From assembly GCA_964638955.1 (NCBI GenBank), contig CAZWZQ010000008.1, positions 824-64,823 on the forward strand: DNA of 64,000 bases, in the 5' to 3' direction. Under the pieces are notes generated by a model. It saw only the letters and a list, made by a program, of their open reading frames with translations. It had not been told where the DNA came from and did not search any database. Made by a program: the position numbers and the translations under genes. Positions 63,634 to 64,000 of this stretch are shown one piece after another. How positions within the stretch are numbered: the stretch's first letter is position 1; each line of letters opens with the position of its first letter. This stretch comes from an uncultured Rikenellaceae bacterium. Its GTDB lineage: Bacteria; Bacteroidota; Bacteroidia; Bacteroidales; VadinHA17.

Positions 63634-64000
63634 TCAATTATAAATAAGAGTTCCTGTTTTTGAGCCTGTAACAACTTTCATAAGATTACCGGGCCTGTTC
63701 ATATCAAAAACTATGACCGGCATGTTATTCTCCCGGCACATGGTAAATGCAGTAGAATCCATAATCTTAAGCCTGAGGGCTATTGCTTCTTCAAATGTAA
63801 TCTTGTCGAATTTTCTGGCTTTTCTGTCTTTTTCAGGATCAGATGTATATACTCCGTCAACCCTGGTGCCTTTAAGCAGTACATGAGCACCTGTTTCAAC
63901 TGCTCTGAGGGCTGAAGCCGTATCAGTTGTAAAGAAGGGATTCCCGGTTCCTCCTGATAATATACAGACAGTTCCTTTTTGCATCTCTTCAATTACTTTA
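63634..64000 (-). CDS. pyrH: UMP kinase, C-terminal part (5' end beyond the right window edge)
   Basis: GGTGNPFFTTDTASALRAVE and GVYTSDPEKD are present. The frame is open to the window end beyond the listed internal Met. Confidence 0.93.
   Translation of the reverse strand, partial: KVIEEMQKGTVCILSGGTGNPFFTTDTASALRAVETGAHVLLKGTRVDGVYTSDPEKDRKARKFDKITFEEAIALRLKIMDSTAFTMCRENNMPVIVFDMNRPGNLMKVVTGSKTGTLIYN

Noticed and set aside
1-64000. Scan for CRISPR arrays, rRNA genes, IS elements or transposases, retron/DGR reverse transcriptases, toxin-antitoxin pairs and known defence-system signatures
   Set aside because: By eye I found no spaced direct repeats of 25-40 bp, no rRNA-like conserved stretches, and no DDE, tyrosine/serine recombinase, RT, nuclease or ATPase defence-type motifs in any listed ORF. 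A computational search (CRISPR finder, ISfinder, defence-system HMMs) would be needed to be certain.

Overview
This window looks like a Bacteroidota chromosomal segment. Supporting markers are a T9SS type-B cargo gene with a PorP/SprF partner, a b558-type fumarate reductase/succinate dehydrogenase operon, a FISUMP protein, Bacteroides-type ECF sigma/FecR genes and many lipoproteins. I call about 58 protein-coding genes or gene fragments and one tRNA-Leu(CAA). I saw no rRNA, CRISPR array, transposase or integrase. Housekeeping genes (glyQS, nadB, dusB, sdhCAB, dxs, frr, pyrH, dCMP deaminase, Ctp protease) alternate with accessory blocks. All family assignments come from motifs read in the supplied translations, and no database search was run. 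The candidates I consider most worth follow-up are: (1) 54995-59418, an ECF sigma/FecR cassette. Its STN-domain partner has the N-terminal architecture of a SusC/FecA transducer but no plug or barrel, and a paralogue without STN sits at the other end of the operon. (2) 39144-43482, an arsenic island with two ArsR paralogues that share one 8-N4-8 operator-like palindrome and an arsR-thioredoxin-ArsF-like-ArsG-like-ArsP-like operon. It also contains an in-frame arsC'-'acr3 chimera that looks like a deletion scar. (3) 7279-20056, a glycan-modification locus built around a YfhO-type membrane protein and a flippase. It holds a flippase relic on the opposite strand and a FemAB-like gene, and glyQS is co-operonic with a glycosyltransferase. 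(4) 25490-31795, a split-transketolase/GntP/two-dehydrogenase operon divergent from a GH88/105 hydrolase. (5) A recurring class of 7-8 bp short-period tandem motifs and GC-rich palindromic hairpins in intergenic spacers, plus a polypurine leader upstream of the T9SS adhesin gene.
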